Source: Brevundimonas sp. (lineage in GTDB: Bacteria > Pseudomonadota > Alphaproteobacteria > Caulobacterales > Caulobacteraceae). Taken from it: 64,000 nucleotides of DNA. Below, piece by piece: positions 1 through 13,431 of the stretch. The stretch covers positions 21,538 to 85,537 of the forward strand of contig JAUYAG010000190.1 of NCBI GenBank assembly GCA_030693575.1, given 5' to 3'. The stretch's first letter is position 1. Every line of letters starts with the position of its first letter. The translations under genes were made by a program, and so were the position numbers. The notes under the pieces are model-generated. The model saw nothing but the letters and a program-made list of their open reading frames with translations. It was not told where the DNA came from and did no database searches.

Positions 1-225
1 AATCAGATTACCGGCGAACGAGTTGTCGTCATTCGGATTGGTGTAAATGACTCCCGCCGGGATTTGCCGAACCTGGGCCTCGACGGCCGTGGTGCCAAAC
101 ACCCCCACCAATGCAGTGCTGGCCAGAAGGGCGTAGCGAACCGCCCTGCCCGTGACCCGGTCGGATTTAGGGGAGGACGCGGACGAACGGGAACCCGCGA
201 TGGAACGCTTGTTGGAAACCGACAT
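1..225 (-). CDS. 5' part (75 codons) of a secreted-protein gene that runs off the window edge
   Basis: My own minus-strand translation from the ATG (complement of 223-225) gives MSVSNKRSIAGSRSSASSPKSDRVTGRAVRYALLASTALVGVFGTTAVEAQVRQ... It has a basic n-region, a hydrophobic core and a VEA-Q cleavage-like site. A GAGGGG Shine-Dalgarno-like motif sits about 10 nt upstream (complement of about 236-241). It is absent from the ORF track because there is no stop in the window. Confidence 0.4.
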   Translation of the reverse strand, partial: MSVSNKRSIAGSRSSASSPKSDRVTGRAVRYALLASTALVGVFGTTAVEAQVRQIPAGVIYTNPNDDNSFAGNLI

Positions 226-399
226 GAACTCTACGCCCCTCACAACGGGAGCGCACTGCACCGCCCGCCCTACCCAAAAAGACCTGTAGGATCGGAACGC
301 CCAAGCCCCAACCACGACCGGTCAGCCAACGCTCCTCCGTCGCATCCGTTAACGGTTTGGTAGCAATGGCGTGGCGTGCCCGTAACACGGGCTTTTGCG

Positions 400-434
400 G
401 AAAACTTGAACGCCGACCCCGAAAACTTGAACGC
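400..434. repeat. Two direct copies of GAAAACTTGAACGC, 21 bp apart centre to centre
   Basis: Read directly: GAAAACTTGAACGC at 400-413 and again at 421-434, in the 595-bp divergent intergenic region. Confidence 0.7.
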
Positions 435-754
435 GAGTTGCTCTGTATGGCCAAGGTTGTAGGCTGACCTTGAGGCGAGTGATCGTTGCTCAGATGGCTG
501 GATCTCCCTGAGACCCTGAGTTCCCGGCTGGAGGACACCGCCGGCCGGCGAGGCTTCGCGTCCCTCCCCTGCCGGTGACAGGTTGAGGCGCGCTTTCGGT
601 GGGATGAAACCGCCACCGACCTGACTCTGGTGGGTGCCGGCGGCCCGGAAGCGGCAGCTCTGTCCAGGACAAAGGCACCCCGATCATGGCCGCCAGCGCG
701 GTCGACAGCATCGGCCTGAAGCGGATGGTACCCGCCTCCAGCAGGACTTCACAG

Positions 755-768
755 TTGATGTCGATCAA
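755..768 (+). promoter_or_regulatory. FNR/FixK-type box TTGAT-N4-ATCAA
   Basis: Perfect palindrome TTGATGTCGATCAA, centred about 58 bp upstream of the usp ATG at 820. A FixK-like regulator with an E--SR recognition helix is encoded at 4983-5618. Confidence 0.6.
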
Positions 769-819
769 AGGCAGACCCTGAAAGTGGGCGCAGTCTCCAT
801 GCGAAAGGGAGATTGCGCC

Positions 820-1680
820 ATGAGCCTGAAACACATGATGGTCGTCGCGGCCGGCCGGGAGGGCGACGCACCGGCGCTGGCCCTGGCGAGCAGCCTCGCC
901 CGGCAGCATGACGGCGTGGTGGAGGTGCTGCCCATCTACCCCGACAGCGCCGCCGACATGATCGCCCTGGGCCTGACCCTGGGCGCAACCCTGTCCCCGC
1001 AGGCGATCGAGGAGCTGGTCGTCGCGGAACATGAGATTCACGCGCGGATAGAGGCTATGGCCAGGACCGCAGCCGGCGAGGCGGATGTCGTGTTCGGCGC
1101 CGGAGAAGGCGCGCCGCGGATGTCCGTCATGGGCCGCGGCCTGCGACCGCCGATGATGCTGAGCCGCGCCGCGCCGCTGTCCGATCTGGTCATCTTCGGC
1201 CAGACGCATCTGGATCAATCCCCCGGTCGCGACATGTTCGACCAATGCCTTCTCGGGGATCGGGTGCCCGTCCTGATCGCACGCCACGACGCCGACACCC
1301 TGTCAGGACCAGCGGCCATCGCCTGGGACGGAAGCCCGCAGGCAGGACGCGCGGTGAAGGCCGCCCTCCCCCTGCTGGCGATGGCCAGCGAGATCCTGAT
1401 CCTGCAGTGCGTGAGCGGACTCGAAAAGGAGGCGGCCGATCCCGACACCGACCTGTTGAACGCCTATCTGAAGCTGCACGGCGTCGGCGAAGGTTCTACG
1501 GTCCTGGTCGAGGGCGCGGAAGCAGGCTCCGCCCTGATCGCCGCGGCCAAAGGCAAGTTGTCGACCCTGATGGTCGCCGGTGCCTGGGGACATTCCCGCC
1601 TTCGCGAGGCCATCTTCGGCGGTGCCACGCGCACCTTCCTCGCCTGCAAGGACGGCCCGAGCCTTCTGCTGGCGCACTGA
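820..1680 (+). CDS. Universal stress protein, tandem UspA-like domains
   Basis: I chose the internal ATG at 820, preceded by AAGGGAG, rather than the ORF-track start at 634. There are two Usp-like halves. The C-terminal VAGAWGHSRLREAIFGGATRTFL resembles the Usp G-x2-G-x9-G nucleotide motif. Confidence 0.75.
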   Translation: MSLKHMMVVAAGREGDAPALALASSLARQHDGVVEVLPIYPDSAADMIALGLTLGATLSPQAIEELVVAEHEIHARIEAMARTAAGEADVVFGAGEGAPRMSVMGRGLRPPMMLSRAAPLSDLVIFGQTHLDQSPGRDMFDQCLLGDRVPVLIARHDADTLSGPAAIAWDGSPQAGRAVKAALPLLAMASEILILQCVSGLEKEAADPDTDLLNAYLKLHGVGEGSTVLVEGAEAGSALIAAAKGKLSTLMVAGAWGHSRLREAIFGGATRTFLACKDGPSLLLAH

Positions 1681-1780
1681 TGACGGCCCGGCAGGGGATC
1701 GAAATGATCATCGTGGCCAACGTCCCCGTCGCGCCGACGCGACGGCTGACCTCACCGCAATCGGCACTGGATCAGACGGT

Positions 1781-3373
1781 ATGACCGTGACCCTCACATT
1801 TCACGGGGCCGCCGAGTGCGTGACCGGCTCCTGCATGTTGCTCGACACCGGAAGATCCCGCCTGCTCATCGACTGCGGGATGTTCCAGGGACCCAAGACC
1901 CTGAAAGCGCTCAACTACGAGCCGTTTCCCTTCGACGTGAGCCGCATCGACGCCGTCCTGCTGACGCATGCCCACATCGATCATTCCGGCTTGCTGCCCA
2001 AGCTCGTCCGCGCCGGGTTCCGCGGGCCGATCTTCGCCACGCGGGGGACGCGGGACCTCTGCGAAGTCATGCTGGCGGATGCCGCCGGCATCCAGGAGAG
2101 CGAGGTTCGCCACCTCAACCGTCGCAATGAGCAGCGGGGCATCAAACGGGTCGAGCCGATCTACACGACCTCGGATGTCGAGCCGACGCTGCGGCTCTTC
2201 GAAACGGTAAAGTTCAACACGCCCCGGGACGTGCTCGAGGGGGTCGAGGCCGTGTGGTGGCCTGCGGGTCATCTGCTGGGCGCCGCCTCGATCGAGGTGC
2301 GGATCGGCCATGGCGAGGACCCGCTGACACTTCTGTTCTCGGGGGATATCGGTTCAGGGCGACAACCGTTCCTGCCCGCGCCCGCCGGTCCGGTCGGTGT
2401 CGATCACATCATCCTGGAAAGCACCTACGGCGACCGGGAACGGATCGACCTGGAGCTCTCCGCGCGACGCCACGCCCTGGCCGGAGAGCTGCGTGCGGCC
2501 AAGGCCGCCGGCGGTCCCCTGCTGATGCCGACCTTCGCCATCGGCCGGGCGCAGGAACTGATCCTGGACCTGCTGGCGGTCATGCAGGACGAGCCGGACC
2601 TCGCGACGGAAATCTTCCTCGACTCGCCCCTGGCCATCGAAGCGACGGAGGTGTTTCTGCGGCGGGGCTGGAACGCGGATTCCGGGGACAATCCGTTCGA
2701 GCCGTTGCGTCACGCGGCCCGGCTGCATCACCTGCTGCGACCGCAGGAGAGCGACCGCCTGGAGCGTCTGTCCGGCTGGCATGTGATCCTGGCGGGCAGC
2801 GGTATGTGCGACGCGGGTCGCATCCGGCGTCACCTCAAACGCCTGCTGTGGCGCAAGGACGTCACGGTCCTGATCACCGGCTTCCAGGCCGCCGGCACGC
2901 TCGGGCGGTTACTGGTCGAGGGCCGGACCGCGGTCCGGATCCAGGGCGAGGACCTCCATGTCGGTGCCCGCATCCGCAGTCTGGACAACTACTCAGGCCA
3001 TGGGGATGCGACCGATCTGGTCGACTGGCTCAAGGCGCGGGGCTCCGTGGGCGGCGCTGTGATCCTCGACCATGGCGAGCCTGAAGCGCTCGCCACCCTC
3101 GGCACCCGCATATCCGGACTGGGCTACCGGTCGATGACCGCGCGTCTGGATGAGGTCTACGCCCTGACGCGCGACGGGGCGGAGCCGGTCGGAAAGGGTC
3201 GGGCGCGGCTCGCTCCCGGGCAGGCGACCCGGCCCGACTGGCACAATGATCGCGCGGCCTTCCTCGCCGACCTGAATACAAGGCTGCAGCAGCTGCCCGG
3301 GGACGCCGAACGCCAGGCCCTGATCCGGAGTCTGGAAGCGGCGCTCACGACACGGGCGGGGACCGCGCCATGA
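1781..3373 (+). CDS. MBL-fold metallo-hydrolase of the beta-CASP (RNA-metabolising) type
   Basis: Starts MTVTLTFHGAAECVTGSCMLLD... and carries the HxHxDH motif (LLTHAHIDHSG). C-terminal beta-CASP-like motifs are present (ESTYGDR, NYSGHGD). The start was moved to the ATG at 1781 inside the longer ORF. Confidence 0.8.
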   Translation: MTVTLTFHGAAECVTGSCMLLDTGRSRLLIDCGMFQGPKTLKALNYEPFPFDVSRIDAVLLTHAHIDHSGLLPKLVRAGFRGPIFATRGTRDLCEVMLADAAGIQESEVRHLNRRNEQRGIKRVEPIYTTSDVEPTLRLFETVKFNTPRDVLEGVEAVWWPAGHLLGAASIEVRIGHGEDPLTLLFSGDIGSGRQPFLPAPAGPVGVDHIILESTYGDRERIDLELSARRHALAGELRAAKAAGGPLLMPTFAIGRAQELILDLLAVMQDEPDLATEIFLDSPLAIEATEVFLRRGWNADSGDNPFEPLRHAARLHHLLRPQESDRLERLSGWHVILAGSGMCDAGRIRRHLKRLLWRKDVTVLITGFQAAGTLGRLLVEGRTAVRIQGEDLHVGARIRSLDNYSGHGDATDLVDWLKARGSVGGAVILDHGEPEALATLGTRISGLGYRSMTARLDEVYALTRDGAEPVGKGRARLAPGQATRPDWHNDRAAFLADLNTRLQQLPGDAERQALIRSLEAALTTRAGTAP

Positions 3374-4134
3374 GCGACCTTCCGTCAAACGCAGCGCAGC
3401 GCGGTTCTCCCGCCTATCGCCTCCCGGCCGCCGACCCGTCGTTCCTGTTTGGCGATTCGATGCGAGGCCTTCGCTTCCAGCTCGAGTTCGCCAAGGCCGA
3501 CGAAGCCCTGCGTGCCTGGAACATCCGTTCGACCATCGTCGTGTTCGGCAGCGCCCGTATCACGGAGAACGGGCCGCCGGATCACGCCCGCTGGTACGAG
3601 GAAGCGCGCCGCTTTGCGCGGCTGGCCTCACAGGAGGGCGGGGCGCTCGATGGTGGGGGCGCGCCCCGCGACAACGTCATCGCCACCGGCGGCGGTCCCG
3701 GCGTGATGGCCGCCGCCAATCGCGGTGCCGCGGACGCGGGCGCGCCATCGATCGGCTTCAATATCAGCCTGCCCCTGGAACAGGAGCCCAACCCCTGGTC
3801 GACGCCGGACCTGACGTTCCGCTTCCACTATTTCGCCATGCGCAAGATGCACCTCGCCATGCGCGCCAATGCCCTCGTCGTCTTTCCGGGCGGGTTCGGC
3901 ACGCTGGACGAATTGTTCGAGATCCTGACCTTGAGGCAGACGGGCAAGATGCGGCCCGTGCCCGTGATCCTCGTCGACAAGCCATTCTGGACAGACCTGA
4001 TCCGGTTCGATGTGCTTGTCGCCCGGGGTTTCATCGCGAAGGAGGATGTCGACCTCCTCCAGTTCGCCACGGACGGAGAAGACGCCTGGCGTCAACTCGC
4101 GGGGACGCTCCGTCCGTCGCGGCCAGCGGACTGA
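3370..4134 (+). CDS. LOG / TIGR00730 family Rossmann-fold nucleotide-binding protein (cytokinin riboside 5'-monophosphate phosphoribohydrolase-like)
   Basis: PGGFGTLDELFE (PGGxGTxxE) and GGGPGVM motifs. ATGA start/stop overlap with the upstream gene. Confidence 0.8.
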   Translation: MSDLPSNAAQRGSPAYRLPAADPSFLFGDSMRGLRFQLEFAKADEALRAWNIRSTIVVFGSARITENGPPDHARWYEEARRFARLASQEGGALDGGGAPRDNVIATGGGPGVMAAANRGAADAGAPSIGFNISLPLEQEPNPWSTPDLTFRFHYFAMRKMHLAMRANALVVFPGGFGTLDELFEILTLRQTGKMRPVPVILVDKPFWTDLIRFDVLVARGFIAKEDVDLLQFATDGEDAWRQLAGTLRPSRPAD

Positions 4135-4171
4135 AGTCGGGTTCTGGTCACCGGTCGGCGAACCGCTTCAG
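4131..4171. terminator. Imperfect hairpin between convergent genes (possible bidirectional terminator)
   Basis: CTGAAGTCGGGTTC ... GAACCGCTTCAG inverted repeat lying between the LOG stop (4134) and the SDR stop (4187). There is no clear T-run. Confidence 0.3.
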
Positions 4172-4186
4172 CCCGGGCCCTGCGCA

Positions 4187-4954
4187 TCAACGGGCCGTAT
4201 AGCCGCCGTCGATCACCAGTTCCGAGCCGGTGACAAACCCCGCCTCGTCGGACGCGAGGTAGACGGCGCCCCAGGCGATGTCGTCCGGGACACCGATATG
4301 GCCGAGCGGATGCAGGGCCCCCACGGCCTTTCGCCCCTCCTCGACATCGCCCTGGCTGGCCAGATGACCCTCGACCATCGGCGTCCAGATGAAGCCCGGA
4401 TGGATGGAGTTCACCCGGATGTGATCGGGCGCATAGAGCAGGGCGTCGGTCTTGGACATCAGTCGAACCGCCCCCTTGGAGGCATGATAGGGCGGCACGT
4501 CGGCCCCGCCGACGAGGCCGTAGATCGATGACAGGTTGATGATCGATCCTCCGCCCGCGACCTTGAGGTGCGGAATGGCGTGTTTGGTGCAGAAGAACAC
4601 GCCCTTGACGTTGACCGACTGGACGAGATCCCACTCGGCCTCGGTGATCTCGTGCGTCGGCTTGCTGACCCCCGCGATCCCGGCGTTGTTGACGAGGATG
4701 TCGAGCTTTCCGAAGTGCGCGACGACGTCGTCCAGCGTGCGCTTCACCTCAGCCTCGCTGGCCACGTTGCACCGCCACCAGGCCGCCTTCAGGCCCCTTG
4801 CCGTCAACGCCGCGGCGAGGGCGACGCCCTCTTCGTCACGCACGTCGAGGATAGCCACTGCCGCCCCCTCCTCCGCCATCCGTTCGGCAGTCGCCTTGCC
4901 GAGCCCGACAGCGCCGCCGGTGATCACCGCGACCTTGTTGGCCAGTCTGTTCAT
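4187..4954 (-). CDS. Short-chain dehydrogenase/reductase (SDR) family oxidoreductase
   Basis: N-terminal VITGGAVGLGKA (TGxxxGxG), NNAG, and catalytic YHASK (YxxxK). Confidence 0.85.
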   Translation of the reverse strand: MNRLANKVAVITGGAVGLGKATAERMAEEGAAVAILDVRDEEGVALAAALTARGLKAAWWRCNVASEAEVKRTLDDVVAHFGKLDILVNNAGIAGVSKPTHEITEAEWDLVQSVNVKGVFFCTKHAIPHLKVAGGGSIINLSSIYGLVGGADVPPYHASKGAVRLMSKTDALLYAPDHIRVNSIHPGFIWTPMVEGHLASQGDVEEGRKAVGALHPLGHIGVPDDIAWGAVYLASDEAGFVTGSELVIDGGYTAR

Positions 4955-4982
4955 GGTGCGGCTCCGGGCGGAAGGAAGGTGG

Positions 4983-5618
4983 TCAGGCGGCCGCCAACTC
5001 TGAGAGGCAGCCGGGGCGGCGCACGCGGTATTTGCGGGAGCCGAAGAACTCGATCACCCCATCGGCCTGTAGCCGGCCGAGCATGCGGGAGATCGTTTCA
5101 ATGGTCAGTCCAAGATAGTCCGCCATGTCCTGCCGGCTCATGGGCAGGGTCACGAACTCACCACGGAATCGGTCAGCGATATCCATCAGAAACCGCGCCA
5201 CTTTTTCACAGGCCGTCGCCCGTCCCAGCAGCAGCATGTGAGACTGGGTCCGCCGCAGTTCAGTCGCGGTAGCCGCCCAGATCATGCGCTGCACGCGGCC
5301 GGTCTCATAGGCGGCCGAGCCGGCGCGCCGGAGGGCCAGCACCTCGCAGTCCGTCAGGGCCTCCGCAGAGAAGCGGTGCCCTTCACCAACCTCGACGCCG
5401 ATGACGTCGCCTTCATAGTAGAAGTCCCCGACCTGCCGGCGACCGTCCGCCTGCAGATGCGCGGTCCTGACCGCGCCCTGGACGATCCGGTAGATGAGAT
5501 CGGCCTCCTCGCCCTGGGCGTAAATCTCTTCGCCCTGATAGAAGGTCAGGCGCACGGCACCGGCCCAGTCCTGGGCATGGGCCGTCTCGGCGGCGAAGAT
5601 GGACGTAAGCTGCGACAT
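4983..5618 (-). CDS. Crp/Fnr family transcriptional regulator, FixK-like (no N-terminal Cys cluster)
   Basis: A cNMP-binding-like beta-roll followed by an HTH with the recognition helix TIETISRML (E--SR motif of the FNR/FixK class). Confidence 0.85.
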   Translation of the reverse strand: MSQLTSIFAAETAHAQDWAGAVRLTFYQGEEIYAQGEEADLIYRIVQGAVRTAHLQADGRRQVGDFYYEGDVIGVEVGEGHRFSAEALTDCEVLALRRAGSAAYETGRVQRMIWAATATELRRTQSHMLLLGRATACEKVARFLMDIADRFRGEFVTLPMSRQDMADYLGLTIETISRMLGRLQADGVIEFFGSRKYRVRRPGCLSELAAA

Positions 5619-5734
5619 GGCTGGCCCCTCAACGAAGTGAGAGGCTAGGGCGGGGCGTGCCGTCCGGATACTCCGGAGCAGCCCCTAGGGGATTGCCGCT
5701 AGGTATTGCTGCGGAGCCGCCGGCATGAGCGCCC

Positions 5735-6367
5735 TCAGGCCGGCGGCGAGGGGTCTTCCTGACCCGACGGCTCTTGCGGTTCGCCCTCGGCCCGCAGCCG
5801 TCGGCGGAACTCCTCCAGACGGTCACGGTAGCCTTCGGCGTCGCCGTATTCGAGGAACTGATAGTAGCGCAGGTGCGGGTCGGTGATCGCCAGCGCATGT
5901 TTGATCGGGCACCAGTATTGTTCGGTGCGGCTCGATATCTCCCGGACATAGGCGATGACGCCGTTGGCGTATTCGCAATACAGGCAGTTGAGCGCCTCTA
6001 TGGCGTTGAGATAGCCCAGCCTGTCGCGGTCCACGACGATGTACTGCGAACGACGGACGCGCGGGATCCGGTAGGCGCGGAAGCAGATGGCCTGGTAGAG
6101 CGAGGCCCAGACGTCGATCAAGGCCAGTGGAATGATCAGCGAATAGATGACCGGCGCGGAGGCGATGGTGGCGACCGGGGAACGGGCCATGAAGGTCCCG
6201 ATGCCGAGGCGGAGCTGCCGGTGTCGCACGGTCAGCCCGTGTTCGAACGCCACCATTCCCTCCTTGAGCTTCCAGCCAAGCGCCTCGCGGCGGCTTTCGA
6301 TCTCGCGGTCGAGTTCGCCCTGAAGACGCACGATCTCGGCGGCCAGTTGTTCGATACGATGCGGCAT
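5735..6367 (-). CDS. Conserved-looking hypothetical membrane protein with a Cys motif (CLYCEY ... YWCPIKH)
   Basis: 210-aa ORF. It has an N-terminal coiled-coil-like segment, one or two hydrophobic helices (VATIASAPVIYSLIIPLALIDVWASLY), then CxxC plus a C/H pair. I do not recognise the family. Confidence 0.55.
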   Translation of the reverse strand: MPHRIEQLAAEIVRLQGELDREIESRREALGWKLKEGMVAFEHGLTVRHRQLRLGIGTFMARSPVATIASAPVIYSLIIPLALIDVWASLYQAICFRAYRIPRVRRSQYIVVDRDRLGYLNAIEALNCLYCEYANGVIAYVREISSRTEQYWCPIKHALAITDPHLRYYQFLEYGDAEGYRDRLEEFRRRLRAEGEPQEPSGQEDPSPPA

Positions 6368-6423
6368 GCCGGATCCTGAGTGGCTTGAGCCGCCACCTCT
6401 GGCAGAGTTCGCGTCGGGTTCAC

Positions 6424-6437
6424 CTGACCTGGATCAA
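6424..6437 (-). promoter_or_regulatory. Degenerate FNR/FixK-like box (TTGATCCAGGTCAG on the minus strand)
   Basis: TTGA-N6-TCA core, 7/8 of TTGA-N6-TCAA, about 60-70 bp upstream of the ATG at 6367. Confidence 0.3.
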
Positions 6438-6588
6438 GACCCGAGGTCGCGACATGCGGACCGGGCCGCAGGAGAGGATCATCATCAGCCGGGTGCGTTT
6501 CGAACGGTCGGTCAGCCAGCCCAGGGGAATGGCGATCAGCGCCATCGGCAGGGCGGCGGCGTGACGACGGGAGCGGATCCGGACGGGG

Positions 6589-11069
<4,481 letters not shown>

Positions 11070-11073
<4 letters not shown>

Positions 11074-12527
11074 GCGGCGGCCCTCTCCCGGCTGGACAGC
11101 CAGGCGTCGATTTCAGCCGCGGCGTCCTGCCCGTCCTTCACGGCCCAGACCACCAGCGAGGCCCCGCGAACGATGTCCCCCGCCGCGAAGACGCCCTCCA
11201 GTGTCGTCGCCTTCGTATGCCCCGCGGTACGGATCGTCCGCCACTCGGTCAGGGCCAGATCGGGCTCGGCGAACAGGCCCGGCATGTCCTCGGGTTCGAA
11301 GCCGAGGGCCTCGATGACCAGATCCGCGGTCAGGTCGAACTCCCCGCCCGGAACCGGCTCGACGCTCCAGCGACCGTCGGCGGACGGAGCCGCCAGCGCC
11401 ATCCGCTGGCCCCGGACCCCGGTCACCCGGTCGGCCTCGCCCAGCACGGCGCGCGGCGCGGCCAGCCATTCGAAGACCACGCCCTCCTCCTCGGCGTTGG
11501 CGACCTCGCGCGCGCTGCCCGGCATGTTGTCCCGGTCACGGCGATAGAGACAGGTGACCGACGTCGCCCCCTGCCGCACCGCCGTGCGCACGCAGTCCAT
11601 GGCCGTATCGCCACCGCCGATCACCACCACCCGCTTGCCCGACGCATCCAGCGCACCGCTGTCGAAGGCCGGTACCGCATCGCCCAGCCCCTTGCGGTTC
11701 GAGGCGATCAGATAGTCCAGCGCCGCGATCACACCGGTCGAGCCGCACCCCGGCGCGGTCAGCCGCCGGGCCTGATAGACGCCGGTCGCCACCAGCACCG
11801 CGTCATGCGCCGCCCGCACCTCGGCAAACGGCAGGTCGCCTCCGACGTCCACGCCCAGCCGGAAGGTCACCCCGCCCTCAGCCAGGCGATCGAGACGCCG
11901 CTGGACGACGTGTTTCTCCAGCTTGAACCCGGGGATGCCGTACATCAGCAGCCCGCCCGCCCGGTCGTGCCGGTCATAGATGGTCACCGCATAGCCGGCG
12001 GACCTCAGCCGGTCCGCCGCCGCCATCCCCGCCGGGCCGGCGCCGATGACGCCCACAGACTGGCCCCGCTCGACCCGCGGGCGGATCGGATCAACCCAGC
12101 CATTCTCGAACGCCAGGTCGCCCAGCCATCGCTCGACCGAGCCGATGGTGACCGTCTCCCATCCCGACTGCTCGAGGGTGCAGGCCCCCTCGCACAGCCG
12201 GTCCTGCGGACAGATGCGGCCGCAGATTTCGGGCATGGTCGAGGTCGCTTCCGATTGGTGCCAGGCCTCTTCGGCGCGGCCTTCCGCAGCGAGGCGCAGC
12301 CAGTCGGGGATGTTGTTCTGAAGCGGGCATCCGGTCTGGCAGAAGGGCACGCCGCACTGGGCGCAGCGGCTCGACTGACCCGCCCCGGCCACCGGGCTGA
12401 AGTCCGCGTAGATCTCGGAAAAGTCACGCACGCGGTCGGCCGCCGGCATCTTGGCCGGTCCCGACCTCGGGGTAATCACGAATGTCTGGTTCAACGACGC
12501 CACTTCGAGCCTTTCGCTACTGCACAA
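11070..12527 (-). CDS. gltD: Glutamate synthase small subunit (NADPH)
   Basis: Fe-S Cys motif CAQCGVPFCQTGCP and two dinucleotide folds (GAGPAGMAAA, VIGGGDTAMD). ATGA overlap with the gltB start. The exact start is uncertain and may lie downstream of 12527. Confidence 0.9.
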
Positions 12528-12661
12528 GGCTTAGGAGTCCGCCAGCGCAACAGCAACTTCCGTGCAGTGCGTGCACATCATGCCGCCCATCGTGCAAAGT
12601 TGAACCGGCCGAACAGACATTTTCGCAACGTTCGACCGGCTCGCTTTGTGCAACGCAAATA

Positions 12662-13342
12662 TCAGAACAGGAATTTGAGCCCTGCGACCACCCGATCATC
12701 GGACAGCGGACCCGTTTCGTCCGTGTCGTGGTAGCGGACATCGATCGCGACATTGTCGCTGAAGGCATAGGCGACGCCGGCGTTCCAGGTGGCGTAGTCC
12801 GCGTTGACATCCAGCGCCTGGTGCCCGACCGCTCCCGATACCGTCCATTTGGCGGCCGGCGAGAAGGCGGCGTTGGCCTCGACATAGGTCGCGTCCTCGT
12901 CAGCCCCGAAGAAATCGGGCGACCAGTAGACGGCAGCCCCCAGGGTCACCGGCCCGAACGCCCGCGACGCGGCCGCCTTGAACTCGACGTAGTCATAATC
13001 CGCGCCGCCGGGCTGGGAGACGTAGAGATAGCCCACGACCCCGACATCGACGGCGAAGCCGGACACTTCGGTGCGATAGCCGCCATAGATGTCGAACTCG
13101 GCATCGGTGTCATCGCCGAAGTCGACGTTCGAGGCCCAGGCGCCAGCGTAGAAGCTGCCGACGGTGACGTCCACGCCGCCGAAGATGGCTGGGTCTTCGC
13201 TGGTCTGGCTGTAGCCGCGGAAGACATAGTCGCTGGTCACACCCAGATTCCAGGCGACGTCCGGTGAATCCTGGGCCGAGGCGGCCCCGGCGGTCAGGAG
13301 CAAGGCTACTGCAGCCGCGCAGGCAAAGGCGGTTCTCATCAT
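12662..13342 (-). CDS. Small outer-membrane beta-barrel protein (TIGR02001 / Gcw-chp-like family, from memory)
   Basis: Signal peptide ending ASAQD, then NLGVTSDYVFRGYSQT and alternating beta-strand pattern. The C-terminal residue is aromatic (F). Confidence 0.7.
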   Translation of the reverse strand: MMRTAFACAAAVALLLTAGAASAQDSPDVAWNLGVTSDYVFRGYSQTSEDPAIFGGVDVTVGSFYAGAWASNVDFGDDTDAEFDIYGGYRTEVSGFAVDVGVVGYLYVSQPGGADYDYVEFKAAASRAFGPVTLGAAVYWSPDFFGADEDATYVEANAAFSPAAKWTVSGAVGHQALDVNADYATWNAGVAYAFSDNVAIDVRYHDTDETGPLSDDRVVAGLKFLF

Positions 13343-13389
13343 CGTATCCCCCTGTTATCGATGGTTTTTGAGACTCACGCGTACTGGGT

Positions 13390-13419
13390 GGCGACGCGGA
13401 GGGGAGGCTCCGCGCCGCC
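13390..13419 (-). terminator. GC-rich hairpin just downstream of amtB (no U-run)
   Basis: GGCGACGCGGAG-GGGAGG-CTCCGCGCCGCC: 12-nt arms with one mismatch, lying between the amtB stop and the porin start. Confidence 0.3.
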
Positions 13420-13431
13420 GTCGGGTGGTCG

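Noticed and set aside
12528-12661. NtrC/sigma-54 sites in the gltD upstream region (several TGCA-containing motifs such as GTGCAGTGCGTGCAC)
   Set aside because: None matches TGCACC-N5-GGTGCA or GG-N10-GC by eye. This is too weak to report as a feature without a matrix scan.
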